A stretch of DNA of 32,000 nt from Ktedonobacterales bacterium (GTDB lineage: Bacteria > Chloroflexota > Ktedonobacteria > Ktedonobacterales > JADMIN01). Position numbers and translations under genes: made by a program. The first letter of the stretch is position 1; every line of letters begins with the position of its first letter. Where the stretch lies: contig CP126532.1 of NCBI GenBank assembly GCA_030167145.1, positions 360,001 through 392,000 of the forward strand, in the 5' to 3' direction. The notes beneath the pieces were generated by a model that was not told the origin of the DNA, did no database searches, and worked only from the letters and a program-made list of their open reading frames with translations. Of this stretch, positions 1-9,771 are shown piece by piece.

Positions 1-158
1 TGCTGAAAGAGAATCAAGATGGTCATGATCTCACTCGGACGCAGTCGGGTCACACGCTTGCGCCGCCGCTTCCCTGCGGCGACCAGTTCGCGTTCCCAGA
101 GCGGCGCAAACTGCTGCCAGAACGTATCCACCGAACAGTACAGGTCGAGTATACTCAT
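1..158 (-). CDS. IS982-family transposase, N-terminal ~52 codons only (gene runs off the left edge)
   Basis: My own minus-strand translation from the ATG at 158-156 gives MSILDLYCSVDTFWQQFAPLWERELVAAGKRRRKRVTRLRPSEIMTILILFQ. This N-terminal pattern (LD..C.VD.F...F.P.W ... SEIMTILI.F) is characteristic of IS982-family transposases. A GGAGG-like SD lies on the complement of 165-170. It is absent from the ORF track because there is no stop inside the window. Confidence 0.65.
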   Translation of the reverse strand, partial: MSILDLYCSVDTFWQQFAPLWERELVAAGKRRRKRVTRLRPSEIMTILILFQ

Positions 159-272
159 GCTAATGCCTCCGGGTAGGGACTGATGGGTCGGGATAGACCG
201 CATCATATCCCTGCCGTAGGCATTTCGCTTATCCAGAATTCACGTCGTGTTATTCTTGGCGCAATCTGCCCC

Positions 273-301
273 TTGACAAAGCAATGCGTTCAAGGCATTC
301 T
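273..301 (+). promoter_or_regulatory. Candidate sigma70-type promoter for the LacI-family gene
   Basis: A perfect TTGACA at 273-278 is followed by a 17-nt spacer and a weak -10 CATTCT at 296-301, ~75 nt upstream of the ATG at 377. A 6-bp inverted repeat CCTTGA-N13-TCAAGG (271-295) overlaps the -35. Confidence 0.3.
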
Positions 302-307
302 TGTCGT

Positions 308-343
308 GAGCGATTCCGGGAGCGATTCCGAGGCATTTCGAAT
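308..343. repeat. 12-bp tandem repeat (2 good copies plus 1 degenerate) in the regulator leader
   Basis: The copies are gagcgattccgg (308-319), gagcgattccga (320-331) and a degenerate ggcatttcgaat (332-343). The motif aggcatttcg also occurs at 218-227. Confidence 0.85.
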
Positions 344-376
344 TGAGGGATGCGCCGCGAGAGTGAAGGGGGCAGC

Positions 377-1489
377 ATGGCAAAGAGACCAACGATCGAA
401 GATATTGCACGGTTGGCGGGGGTCTCGCGCACCACGATTTCACGCGTCTTGAATCACCGTCCTGATGTGGATCGTGCCACACGTGAACGTGTTTTGCAGG
501 TCATCGAAGAGCAGGGCTATGTGCCGAGTCTGACGGCTGCGGGGTTGGCAGGAGGACGCAATCGGCTGCTGGGCATGCTGTTGCCAGTCTTCACCTGGCC
601 GATCATTCCCGATCTTATCCGTGGCATCAGCGAAATCTTGAAGCAGACTCCCTATGAACTGGTCCTCTACACCTTCAATGATGAAGACTTGCATCGCGAC
701 CGGCGTGACGTTATCAACCGTTTGCTCGCGACCAACCTGACTGCGGGACTGCTTGGAGTGTTTCCGGGCGCATTGTCCGCGCAATTGACAGAACTGTATG
801 ACCACGGCGTGCCAGTGGTCATCATTGACGACCAGCAAGCACAGACCACGCCATGGGTACGCGCGGACAACGTTACCGGAGCCTATGAGGTGGTACATCA
901 TCTGACCGTGCTCGGGCATCGCCGGATCGCCCACATCCAGGGGCCGGCTGAATATCTTGCCTCGCACGACCGCCACCAAGGCTATCTCCGTGCTCTCGAG
1001 GAGACAGGCATAGTGCCGGATCCCGCGCTCATCCTCGAAGGGGACTTCCTGCCGCAATCTGGCTACGAGGGCGCCAATCGGCTCTTTGATATGCCGCCCG
1101 AAACACGGCCTACCGCCATCTTTGCCGCTGCGGACCAGATGGCGTACGGCGTACTGCGCGCAGCCGAGGAACGCAACATTACGATAGCGAAAGATATCGC
1201 GCTGGTCGGTTTCGACGACGACGCCCCTTCAGCCCATGTGCTGCCACCATTGACGACAGTTCGCCAACCATCCTTTGAAATGGGACAGGAGGCCATCAAA
1301 CTGCTGCTCGATTTGGTCGCCCAGGCGGAAGGGCAAGCCTCCGGGCGTGATAGCGCCGTATCTGCCTACGACAAGGGCGAACACAGACCACTGCAGATTG
1401 TCCTGCCAACGTCGCTTATCGTGCGTGCCTCGTCGGGCGCACCCGATCCTGTTTCTCCTGTTCCAATCCAGCAGCCTTCAATCATGTGA
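377..1489 (+). CDS. LacI/GalR-family transcriptional regulator
   Basis: The ORF track lists 350..1489; I take the ATG at 377, which follows a GAAGGGGG SD. The N-terminal HTH MAKRPTIEDIARLAGVSRTTISRVLN is the canonical LacI signature, followed by a periplasmic-binding-protein-like sugar-binding core (GFDD motif). Confidence 0.9.
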   Translation: MAKRPTIEDIARLAGVSRTTISRVLNHRPDVDRATRERVLQVIEEQGYVPSLTAAGLAGGRNRLLGMLLPVFTWPIIPDLIRGISEILKQTPYELVLYTFNDEDLHRDRRDVINRLLATNLTAGLLGVFPGALSAQLTELYDHGVPVVIIDDQQAQTTPWVRADNVTGAYEVVHHLTVLGHRRIAHIQGPAEYLASHDRHQGYLRALEETGIVPDPALILEGDFLPQSGYEGANRLFDMPPETRPTAIFAAADQMAYGVLRAAEERNITIAKDIALVGFDDDAPSAHVLPPLTTVRQPSFEMGQEAIKLLLDLVAQAEGQASGRDSAVSAYDKGEHRPLQIVLPTSLIVRASSGAPDPVSPVPIQQPSIM

Positions 1490-1557
1490 CATGAAGGCAT
1501 ATGAGCCTGAGCCTGCGGAGGCAGGCAACATTGCGCAGCCTCGTTGTCCGTCGCCCC

Positions 1558-1578
1558 GGGGAACACCGTTCGTTCCCC
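1558..1578. promoter_or_regulatory. 21-bp inverted repeat (candidate operator or RNA hairpin) in front of the transporter genes
   Basis: GGGGAAC (1558-1564) and GTTCCCC (1572-1578) are perfect 7-bp arms separated by 7 nt. They lie 10 nt upstream of the GGAGG SD (1589-1593) of the SBP gene. No T-tract follows, so it is not a classical terminator. Confidence 0.35.
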
Positions 1579-1599
1579 ATCTGACACTGGAGGTGTGTT

Positions 1600-3279
1600 G
1601 TGGCAGGTCCTCATTTCGCCCGGCGTAGGCCCAGACTTGGATTGTTCCTTTTCGCGTCCTTGCTCGTGATGTCGTTACTGCTTTCCGCTTGTGCCAGCGC
1701 CACAAAGCACGTGGCGCATCGCAACTACGTGACCATCGTGGCAAATGCATCTGGCGATTACACGCAGAACTTCAACCCGTACAACACGTCAAATCTGACG
1801 ACATCGCAGGGAGTGATCTACGAGACGCTGCTCTTCTTTAACCGCGGTGATGAGAGCGTCACGCCATGGCTGGCCTCGAATTATCAGTATTCGAGCGACC
1901 TGACCCAGATTACGTTTACGATGCGCTCAGGAGTGATGTGGTCAGACAATCAGCCGTTCACCAGCGATGATGTGGCGTTCACGCTCAATCTGCTCAAGAA
2001 ATATCCAGCCATGGATCTCAATGGCCTGTGGAACACGATCACCAGCGTCACCGCGCCTGATCCCACAACCGTCGTCGTGAAGTTGAATGCGCCATTCACC
2101 CCACTCCTGTGGTATCTGGGCGGCCAGACATGGATACTGCCCAAGCACATCTGGGCGACGGTTGGCGACGGCAGCCAGTATACAGATCCCAATCCAGTGG
2201 GCACTGGGCCATACGTGCTGAAGTCGTTCACACCGCAACTCGTTGTGCTGTCGAAGAATCCGAAGTTCTGGCAACCGGGCAAACCGCTCGTCCAGGAACT
2301 ACACTATCCTGCCTTCGATTCGAACACCAGTGCAGAACTCGCAATGGATCAAGGCACCGTAGACTGGGCAGGCATCTACACCGCCGACATCCAGAAGACC
2401 TATGTCAACCGCGATCCGGCGCACAACCACTATTGGTTCCCGCCAAGCGACATCCTGATGCTGTTCGTCAATACCGCGAAGTACCCGTTCAACCTCTTGC
2501 CTGTGCGCAAAGCGCTCAGCTTTGCGATTGATCGCCCCAAGCTCTCCAAGATTGCTGAAAGCGGATATGAACCGCTCGCCAGCCCAACCGGCCTGGTGTT
2601 GCCATACGACCAGAAATTCCTTGCGCCACAGTATCAGAACCTTCAGTTCACGACCGATGCCAATGCCGCGCAGCAGCAACTTGAGAGCGCCGGATTTACC
2701 AAGGGCGCTGGTGGCATCTACGTGGACAAGAATGGCAAGAAACTCTCGATGACACTTGATGTCGTCTCTGGTTTCACGGATTGGATCACTGGCGCGCAGA
2801 TCATTGCGAGCAACCTCACGGCGCTCGGTATCGAGGTCAACGTCAATACGATCTCGCAGGATGCGTGGTCAAATAATCTGGCCACGGGGAGCTTCGACAT
2901 CTCGCTGTGCTGGACCAACCCAGGCCCATCACCGTACTTCATCTTTGATGCCCTGCTGCGCAGCACCAATTCGGCGCCGTTGGGCCAGACGGCCAACTCG
3001 AATTACGAGCGCTGGAGTGACCCCGCAGTTGACACGATGCTCAATCAATTTGCCCAGTCGAACGACCTGGCGACCCAACAGCAAGCGATGGCCGGTATTG
3101 AGCAAGTTATGGTTGAGCAATTGCCGAGCATCCCGCTACTGAACGAGCCATACTGGTACGAATACAACACGACCAGTTATGTCGGCTGGCCGGATGCCAA
3201 GCACCTGTACGCTGAGCCATCGCCGTATTCATATCCAGATAACGAGGTCGTGCTGCTGCATCTGCAACCAGCCAGCTAG
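1600..3279 (+). CDS. ABC transporter substrate-binding protein, family 5 (Opp/Dpp/peptide-nickel type), lipoprotein-like signal
   Basis: 559-aa ORF with a GTG start 6 nt after GGAGG. The N-terminus RRRPRLGLFLFASLLVMSLLLSAC fits a signal peptide with a lipobox cysteine. The length and sequence are typical of SBP_bac_5 proteins. Confidence 0.9.
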   Translation: MAGPHFARRRPRLGLFLFASLLVMSLLLSACASATKHVAHRNYVTIVANASGDYTQNFNPYNTSNLTTSQGVIYETLLFFNRGDESVTPWLASNYQYSSDLTQITFTMRSGVMWSDNQPFTSDDVAFTLNLLKKYPAMDLNGLWNTITSVTAPDPTTVVVKLNAPFTPLLWYLGGQTWILPKHIWATVGDGSQYTDPNPVGTGPYVLKSFTPQLVVLSKNPKFWQPGKPLVQELHYPAFDSNTSAELAMDQGTVDWAGIYTADIQKTYVNRDPAHNHYWFPPSDILMLFVNTAKYPFNLLPVRKALSFAIDRPKLSKIAESGYEPLASPTGLVLPYDQKFLAPQYQNLQFTTDANAAQQQLESAGFTKGAGGIYVDKNGKKLSMTLDVVSGFTDWITGAQIIASNLTALGIEVNVNTISQDAWSNNLATGSFDISLCWTNPGPSPYFIFDALLRSTNSAPLGQTANSNYERWSDPAVDTMLNQFAQSNDLATQQQAMAGIEQVMVEQLPSIPLLNEPYWYEYNTTSYVGWPDAKHLYAEPSPYSYPDNEVVLLHLQPAS

Positions 3280-3306
3280 GTTGCCCCGACTCGACACCCG
3301 CAACTT

Positions 3307-3341
3307 CATAGGGGAGCGGCCCTGGCAACTACTCTCCTATG
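3307..3341 (+). other. Intercistronic stem-loop between the SBP and permease genes
   Basis: CATAGGGGAG (3307-3316) pairs with CTCTCCTATG (3332-3341) as 10 bp including one G-U, with a 15-nt loop. No U-tract follows. The position (after the SBP gene) is typical of mRNA-stabilising or attenuating hairpins in ABC operons. Confidence 0.4.
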
Positions 3342-3380
3342 AGGACCACGCGGGGATACACCGCGACGAGGAGAAGCCTG

Positions 3381-4376
3381 ATGCGTCACTTGTTACGACG
3401 CGCGGCCTTTTATGTGGTTGCGCTATGGGCTGCCGTAACACTCAATTTTCTCGTGCCGCGCCTCTCGCCCGGCAACCCTGCTCAGGCGATGCTGAGTCGC
3501 CTGCACGGGAAAGCGTCGCCGCAGGCGATTCATGCCCTCGAAATCTTGTTCGGAGTCAATACGCACGACTCGCTCTGGACACAATATCTTCAGTACCTGA
3601 ATAACCTGTTGCACGGCGATCTAGGGGTCTCCATCACCTATTTGCCAGCGCCCGTCACGCAGGTGATAATGCGAGACCTGCTCTGGACACTCATCCTCGT
3701 CGGCGTAACGCTGATCATTAGTTTCGTCATTGGCACACTGCTCGGCGCTGTGGTCGCCTGGCGCCACGGCTCCATGCTGGACTCCATACTCCCACCGGTG
3801 TTCACGTTTCTGTCGGCTATTCCCTATTTCTGGTTGGCGTTGATCTTCCTCTATATCTTTGGATTTACACTCGGTTGGTTTCCCATCTACGGCGGGTATG
3901 ATGCCGACTCAACTACTCCAGGAATGAACATTGACTTTCTCGTCAGCGCATTGCAGCACGCGATTCTGCCGGCGATTACCATCGTCATCGGCTCCATTGC
4001 GGGCTGGATCCTCGGCATGCGGAACACAATGATTTCCACACTCTCGGAAGATTACGTCCTCATGGCGGAGGCGAAAGGGCTGTCAGAGCGGCGCATCATG
4101 CTGACCTATGCGGCACGTAACGCAATTCTGCCCAACATCACGAGCTTCGCCCTCTCGCTCGGCTTCGTCGTCAGCGGCGCATTGCTCACCGAGATCGTGT
4201 TCTCGTATCCCGGCATTGGCTACGCGCTGCTGCAAGCTGTCGAGAACCACGACTACTCCTTGATTGAGGGCATATTTCTGCTGATCGTCATCGCCGTGCT
4301 GGCCGCAAACTTTCTCGCTGATATTGCCTATGTCGTGCTCGACCCGCGCGTGCGTCATGAGAGGGGACGCGCATGA
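3381..4376 (+). CDS. ABC transporter permease (OppB/DppB type)
   Basis: The ORF track lists 3339..4376; I prefer the ATG at 3381, which follows a GAGGAGAAG SD. The protein is multi-TM with the BPD_transp_1 signature region (LSEDYVLMAEAKGLSERRIMLTYAARNA). Confidence 0.9.
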   Translation: MRHLLRRAAFYVVALWAAVTLNFLVPRLSPGNPAQAMLSRLHGKASPQAIHALEILFGVNTHDSLWTQYLQYLNNLLHGDLGVSITYLPAPVTQVIMRDLLWTLILVGVTLIISFVIGTLLGAVVAWRHGSMLDSILPPVFTFLSAIPYFWLALIFLYIFGFTLGWFPIYGGYDADSTTPGMNIDFLVSALQHAILPAITIVIGSIAGWILGMRNTMISTLSEDYVLMAEAKGLSERRIMLTYAARNAILPNITSFALSLGFVVSGALLTEIVFSYPGIGYALLQAVENHDYSLIEGIFLLIVIAVLAANFLADIAYVVLDPRVRHERGRA

Positions 4377-5323
4377 ATCAACCATTGACCCTCTTCACGG
4401 ATAAACTCTCTGCCGCATGGCGATTTACCGCGCAGAACCGGAAAGTCAGCGTCGGTATCGCTGTCGTCGCATTCTTCGTACTGATGGCCATCTTTGGGCC
4501 GGTGCTGGTCCATCAGGATCCAACGGCATTTACCGAAGACCTTCTTCTGCCGCCGTCAGCGGCGCACTGGCTCGGCACTACCCAGAATGGGCAGGATGTC
4601 TTTGCCCAGGTAGTGTATGGTTCACGGGTTTCGCTCGCTCTTGGCTTCATCGTGGGCATCCTGACCACGGCTGTATCGGTGGTGGTTGGGGTGGTATCCG
4701 GCTACTTCGGCGGCGTGATTGATGAGCTATTTTCACTTGTCACCAATGTCTTTCTGGTGCTGCCAACACTGCCACTGGCTATCCTGCTGGCAGCGTTCTT
4801 GCCTTACAAGGGCCCACTGACTCTGGGCATTGTCATTGGCGTCACTGGGTGGTCGTGGGGCGCGCGGGTCATGCGCTCGCAAACGCTCTCGATGCGGGGC
4901 CGCGACTTCGTTGAGGCAGCCCAGGCGCGGGGCGAAAGCCCATTTCGCATCATCTTCTTTGAGATCTTGCCCAACGAAACTGGGCTGGTGGCGGCAGAAC
5001 TGCTGGGCACGGTGATCTACTGTATCCTGGCTCAAGCGGGACTTGAGTTCATTGGGCTAGGAAATCCAAGCAGCGTCAGTTGGGGAACGATGTTCTTCTT
5101 CGCGCAGAATAGCGACGCGCTGCTGCTGGGCGCGTGGTGGTGGTTCCTGCCCCCTGGCATCTGTATCGCGGTGTTGGGAGCCGCGCTTGCGCTCGTCAAC
5201 TTCGGCATTGATGAAATTGCCAACCCTCGTCTGCGCACTGAGCGCGCACGCAAGCCATCGCTGCTCAACCGGGCGCTCGGCACGTCCCAGACCTCAGCAC
5301 AACTACAGGAGGATTTGGCATGA
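4373..5323 (+). CDS. ABC transporter permease (OppC/DppC type)
   Basis: ATGA start/stop overlap with the upstream gene. The N-terminus is OppC-like and the EAA-loop region reads DFVEAAQARGESPFRIIFFEILPN. Confidence 0.9.
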   Translation: MNQPLTLFTDKLSAAWRFTAQNRKVSVGIAVVAFFVLMAIFGPVLVHQDPTAFTEDLLLPPSAAHWLGTTQNGQDVFAQVVYGSRVSLALGFIVGILTTAVSVVVGVVSGYFGGVIDELFSLVTNVFLVLPTLPLAILLAAFLPYKGPLTLGIVIGVTGWSWGARVMRSQTLSMRGRDFVEAAQARGESPFRIIFFEILPNETGLVAAELLGTVIYCILAQAGLEFIGLGNPSSVSWGTMFFFAQNSDALLLGAWWWFLPPGICIAVLGAALALVNFGIDEIANPRLRTERARKPSLLNRALGTSQTSAQLQEDLA

Positions 5324-6501
5324 CTTTGCCACCTGGATCACTACCCTCCGACTCTGCCAATATCCTGGAGATCAAGCATCTGAGCGTCGAATATGCGTCG
5401 GCCAGCGGGACAGTTCGCGCCCTCAATGACGTCAGCATTGCTCTGCAACGAGGTCAGATTTTGGGACTCGCGGGCGAAAGTGGGAGTGGCAAGACAACGC
5501 TTGGACACGCGATAGCGCGCCTGCTCCATCCCCCCGCCGCTATTACCGGTGGGCAGGTATTCTACTATCCCGCCCAGGAATCTCAGCATGTCAGGGCAGA
5601 GAAGACCACAGGCGCCGACCAGCCAGTTGACGTCCTGCGATTGACTGCCAAACAACTGCGGGTTGTGCGGTGGAGCACGCTGGCCATTGTCTTTCAGAGC
5701 GCGATGAACGCGCTCAACCCGGTACTGCGGCTCAGCAGCCAGATAGACGATGTCATCAAGGCGCACCGGCCAGTGATGACCGTGCAGGAACGGCGGGAGC
5801 GCGCCAACGAACTCTTGCGGCTCGTTGGCATATCGCCTGACCGCATCAAGAGCTATCCGCACGAACTGAGCGGCGGCATGCGACAGCGCGCTATCATCGC
5901 CATAGCCCTGGCGCTGTCGCCAGAAATCATCATCATGGATGAGCCAACCACGGCGCTAGATGTGGTGGTGCAGCGCGAGATTCTCATGGAAATCGCGCGG
6001 CTGCGGGAGCGCTTCAACTTCTCGGTAATCTTCATCACCCATGACCTCTCGCTGCTGCTTGAGCTTGCCGACAAGATTGCCATCATGTACGCCGGCCGCA
6101 TCATCGAAACGGCCACCTGCGACGAACTCAAGCGGCAGCCACGACATCCCTATAGCTATGGCATGCTCCATTCGTTTCCCACGCTTCATGGCCCACGGCG
6201 CAGAATGACGGGCATTCCCGGCTCACCGCCTGATCTGCGTGAGATACCTACTGGCTGTGCGTTTCATCCGCGCTGCCCTATGGCATTCGCTCCATGCGCC
6301 ACGGCTCTGCCAGCGGTGCGCGCTTCCAGCGCCGAGACTCCCAAACAACTGGTCGCGTGCCATCTCTACGATCCAGCGCATACGAGCGGACCACTGCCGA
6401 CGAATGCCGATTTGGGAGCACGCTACGAGGAAGTCTACGCGCAGGTCGGCGTAAAGCCAAAGGGCACGTACAAGCGCGCGCCGGTGGAGGAAGTTCGATG
6501 A
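5320..6501 (+). CDS. ABC transporter ATP-binding protein (OppD/DppD type)
   Basis: Contains Walker A GESGSGKTT, the signature LSGGMRQR, Walker B IIIMDEPTTALD and a C-terminal oligopeptide-type extension (HPYSYGML...GCAFHPRCP). ATGA overlap with the upstream gene. Confidence 0.9.
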   Translation: MTLPPGSLPSDSANILEIKHLSVEYASASGTVRALNDVSIALQRGQILGLAGESGSGKTTLGHAIARLLHPPAAITGGQVFYYPAQESQHVRAEKTTGADQPVDVLRLTAKQLRVVRWSTLAIVFQSAMNALNPVLRLSSQIDDVIKAHRPVMTVQERRERANELLRLVGISPDRIKSYPHELSGGMRQRAIIAIALALSPEIIIMDEPTTALDVVVQREILMEIARLRERFNFSVIFITHDLSLLLELADKIAIMYAGRIIETATCDELKRQPRHPYSYGMLHSFPTLHGPRRRMTGIPGSPPDLREIPTGCAFHPRCPMAFAPCATALPAVRASSAETPKQLVACHLYDPAHTSGPLPTNADLGARYEEVYAQVGVKPKGTYKRAPVEEVR

Positions 6502-7661
6502 ATGCGGAAGATACGACCATGAATAGTCCAACCGAAGCCGCCAGAGCCGCTGAAACGCGCCCAATTGCTAATCCACTGCCCGCCGGGGTGGGGGCCGCGA
6601 CCACCTACATGCCCCCGAGAGGGGCGCCAGTGCTAGAAGGCACGCATCTACACAAACAATTCGCGTTGCGGCAATTCAGGATTGCGGGTGGTCAACAGGT
6701 TGTCCATGCGGTCGAGAATGCCAGCCTCGCCCTCTATCCAGGACGTGCGCTTGCTCTGGTGGGTGAGAGTGGTAGCGGCAAAAGCACCCTTGCGCGTATG
6801 TTTGCACGTCTGTATGCGCCAACCTCGGGCGGCATTGCGTTTGAGGGACAGCCAGTTCTAGGCGCGATGGGCAGTACGCGCTCAGCTTTGCGGGCGTACC
6901 GGCGACAGGTACAGATGATCTTCCAGGATCCGTTCGCCTCGCTCAATCCGGTGCATAGTGTGCGTTACCATTTAAGCCGGCCACTTCGGCTCTACGACCA
7001 TGCCAGAACCAAGCGGCAGGAAACAGAGCAGATACTGGCGCTGCTCGACCGCGTCAGTCTGAGTCCAGCAGAACAATTCATCCAGAAATATCCGCATCAG
7101 TTGAGCGGCGGGCAGCGTCAGCGGGTGGCGATTGCCCAGGCGCTGGCGGTCCGCCCAAAGGTCATCCTGGCCGATGAACCTGTCTCGATGCTAGACGTTT
7201 CAATCCGGCTGGACATTCTCAATCTGATGCTGGCCCTGAAAGACGAAGAGCAACTCGCCTATCTGTTCATCACACACGATATCGCCAGTGCGCGGTACTT
7301 CGCGGAAGACACCATGATTATGTATGCGGGGCAGGTCATGGAAGGCGGGCCAAGCGATGCCATCATCCAGCAGCCGAAGCACCCCTATACGCAATTGTTG
7401 ATTTCCGCGGCGCCCGATCCTGACCGCCCGACAGATGTTCAGTTCCAAGCGCGTGGCGAGATTCCCAGCCTGATTACTCCGCCGACTGGCTGCCGCTTCC
7501 ACCCGCGTTGCCCGCATGCCATGCCAGTCTGTCGAGAGCGATTCCCTGACCGCACAGACCTGGGCAACGGCCAATGGACCCACTGCTTCCTCTATGGAGA
7601 GGGCAACGACACCACATCTACGCAAGCATCCATCGCACCCACTGCTGCGCAGCATTCCTGA
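6498..7661 (+). CDS. ABC transporter ATP-binding protein (OppF/DppF type)
   Basis: The ORF track starts at 6294, inside the previous gene. I take the ATG at 6498 (ATGA overlap with the stop of the previous gene). Contains Walker [29 protein letters not shown] and GCRFHPRCP. Confidence 0.9.
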   Translation: MNAEDTTMNSPTEAARAAETRPIANPLPAGVGAATTYMPPRGAPVLEGTHLHKQFALRQFRIAGGQQVVHAVENASLALYPGRALALVGESGSGKSTLARMFARLYAPTSGGIAFEGQPVLGAMGSTRSALRAYRRQVQMIFQDPFASLNPVHSVRYHLSRPLRLYDHARTKRQETEQILALLDRVSLSPAEQFIQKYPHQLSGGQRQRVAIAQALAVRPKVILADEPVSMLDVSIRLDILNLMLALKDEEQLAYLFITHDIASARYFAEDTMIMYAGQVMEGGPSDAIIQQPKHPYTQLLISAAPDPDRPTDVQFQARGEIPSLITPPTGCRFHPRCPHAMPVCRERFPDRTDLGNGQWTHCFLYGEGNDTTSTQASIAPTAAQHS

Positions 7662-7678
7662 GACTGGAGTTTCCTGTA

Positions 7679-8983
7679 ATGGCACGCATCAAACTGGCTT
7701 ATATCGGCGGCGGAAGCACACGCGCCGCAGGCACCATGGCGTCCTTCATCTGGCAGGGCGCGCAATTCAATGGCTCCGAGGTCGTGTTGATTGACCTCGA
7801 CAAAGAGCGACTGATCACTGTAGAAACTATTGCACGCAAGATGGCGCGCGCGCGCGGGCTTGACCTGACGATCAGAGCCACCACGAACCGACGCGAAGGG
7901 TTGCACGACTGCGATGCTGTGCTTACCAGCTTCCGGCCAGGCGGATTCGAGGCGCGCTATCTCGATGAGAGCATTCCGCTCAAACATGGCGTCATTGGAC
8001 AGGAAACGCAGGGACCGGGCGGATTTTTCATGGCGCTGCGATCAATCCACGTGATGAAAAGCATCGTCGAAGATATGGAGGCGGTCTGCCCGAACGCACG
8101 TCTGTTCAACTATACGAATCCGGTCAATATTGTCTCTGAAGCGGTCACACATCACACCGCTATTGCGACGGTGTCGCTCTGCGAAGGGCCGATTGTCTCA
8201 AATCGCGAGTATGTATCGCTCGTTGGCTTGGATCCCGATGCATTGGACGCGGTCTCAGTGGGGCTGAATCACGGCTCGTGGACCGTGCGCCATCTGTACG
8301 ACGGGCAGGATGTGATGCCGCTGCTGCGCGCTGGATATGCGCGACTGCGCCAGGAGAAGAGCACAAGCGTGGCCAGTGAGGATATGCGGCTGCTGGATCT
8401 TGCCTGCCGCATGGATTCGCTGCCCAGTTCCTACTTCCAGTATTATTACTTCAAGGACGAGATATTGGCGGAGCTGCAACACAAGTCCAGCACGCGCGCG
8501 CAAGACATCATGGCCAGCGTGCCGGACTATTGGGCGCACTATCGCGAACAGGCCGACCGCGACGAGCCGGAGCTTGATCCCGCTCGTTCACGTGGGGGCA
8601 TCCATGAACTGGAATTGGGCATTGATGTGATGGACGCGATCTTCAATGACCGGAAGGAGGTCTGGTATGTCAATGTGCCGAATCGTGGTTCACTTCTGGA
8701 CTTCCCGGATGACATGGTTGTGGAGACAGTGGGCTTTGTTGATCGCAATGGTGTCAGACCGCTGGCAATGGGGCATTTGCCGCGTCACGTGGTGGGGCTA
8801 GTCAAGATGCTCGGTGAATATCAAGCATTGACTGCCGAAGCGGCATGGAGCGGCACGCGGACCGATGCCATTCGCGCACTTGCAAGTCATCCACTCGTCT
8901 TCTCGCTGGCGAAGGCAGAAGATATCTACAACGAACTCGCCGCCGCTCATCAGCGCCTTCTGCCAGAGCGTCTGCTCACGTGA
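7679..8983 (+). CDS. Glycoside hydrolase family 4 (NAD+/Mn2+-dependent glycosidase or 6-phospho-glycosidase)
   Basis: Taking the ATG at 7679, the N-terminus MARIKLAYIGGGSTRA is the GH4 Rossmann/GGGS motif. It also has a conserved NYTNP and a Cys in the segment SLCEGP. The length (~434 aa) fits GH4. Confidence 0.85.
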   Translation: MARIKLAYIGGGSTRAAGTMASFIWQGAQFNGSEVVLIDLDKERLITVETIARKMARARGLDLTIRATTNRREGLHDCDAVLTSFRPGGFEARYLDESIPLKHGVIGQETQGPGGFFMALRSIHVMKSIVEDMEAVCPNARLFNYTNPVNIVSEAVTHHTAIATVSLCEGPIVSNREYVSLVGLDPDALDAVSVGLNHGSWTVRHLYDGQDVMPLLRAGYARLRQEKSTSVASEDMRLLDLACRMDSLPSSYFQYYYFKDEILAELQHKSSTRAQDIMASVPDYWAHYREQADRDEPELDPARSRGGIHELELGIDVMDAIFNDRKEVWYVNVPNRGSLLDFPDDMVVETVGFVDRNGVRPLAMGHLPRHVVGLVKMLGEYQALTAEAAWSGTRTDAIRALASHPLVFSLAKAEDIYNELAAAHQRLLPERLLT

Positions 8984-8999
8984 GAGGACACTTCACCCT

Positions 9000-9770
9000 A
9001 TGCGCCTCATTGTTGCCAAAGATTATGCGGAAATGAGCCGCTGCGCTGCGCTTCTGGTCGCCGAAGCAATTGCCAAGCGTCCGTTCGCGAATATCGTCGT
9101 GCCAGTTGGAGCAACACCTATCGGATTCTACCGTGAACTGACGACATTGCATCGGCAGGGTATCTTCGATGCCTCGCGCTTGCGCGTATTTCAACTCGAC
9201 GAATATGGGGGCGTCGCGCGCGATGATCCACGAGCCTTCTCTGGGTGGATCGCCCGCACGTTCCTTGAGCCACTTGGCATTCCGCCCGCGCATGTCGTGC
9301 TACTTGATGGCGAAGCGAACGATCCGCATGCCGCTTGTCAGGAGTACGATGAGACGGTAACGGCAGCTGGTGGTTTCGATATCGCTGTGCTGGGACTGGG
9401 GGCCAATGGTCACATTGGCTTCAACGAGCCGCCCGCCGATCCTGACTCACCCAGCCGCGTCGTTCGCCTCAGCGCCGAGACACGCGCCGCGAATGCGCTG
9501 TACTGGGGGGAGCGGACACCCGTGCCGACGCACGCGATGACCTGCGGAATGGCGCATCTGCTGGCGGCGCGTCAGACGTTGCTGCTCGTTGCGGGAGCAG
9601 GCAAATGCGCGATTCTGCGGCGCGCAGTAGTTGGACCGGTGACGCCAGATGTGCCAGCATCCTACGTGTGCGCGAGTGAGCAGGTGACGATCCTTGCTGA
9701 CGCAGCCGCATGGCCAGAGCCAATTGATGGGGGTTGGGCGTCTGCGATTGTGGAATGTGGAGATATATAG
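9000..9770 (+). CDS. nagB: Glucosamine-6-phosphate deaminase (NagB/Pgl fold)
   Basis: Taking the ATG at 9000, the protein begins MRLIVAKDYAEMS. It carries the motifs FQLDEY and LGLGANGHIGFNEP, which are typical of NagB-type deaminases. Confidence 0.75.
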   Translation: MRLIVAKDYAEMSRCAALLVAEAIAKRPFANIVVPVGATPIGFYRELTTLHRQGIFDASRLRVFQLDEYGGVARDDPRAFSGWIARTFLEPLGIPPAHVVLLDGEANDPHAACQEYDETVTAAGGFDIAVLGLGANGHIGFNEPPADPDSPSRVVRLSAETRAANALYWGERTPVPTHAMTCGMAHLLAARQTLLLVAGAGKCAILRRAVVGPVTPDVPASYVCASEQVTILADAAAWPEPIDGGWASAIVECGDI

Positions 9771-9771
9771 C

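Noticed and set aside
6294-6497. N-terminal extensions suggested by the ORF track (6294 for the second ATPase, 7574 for GH4, 8865 for NagB, 9694 for the kinase, 350 for LacI, 3339 for the first permease)
   Set aside because: The extensions overlap the preceding genes and are Arg/Ser-rich. They precede much better starts (family-typical N-termini, SD sequences or ATGA coupling).
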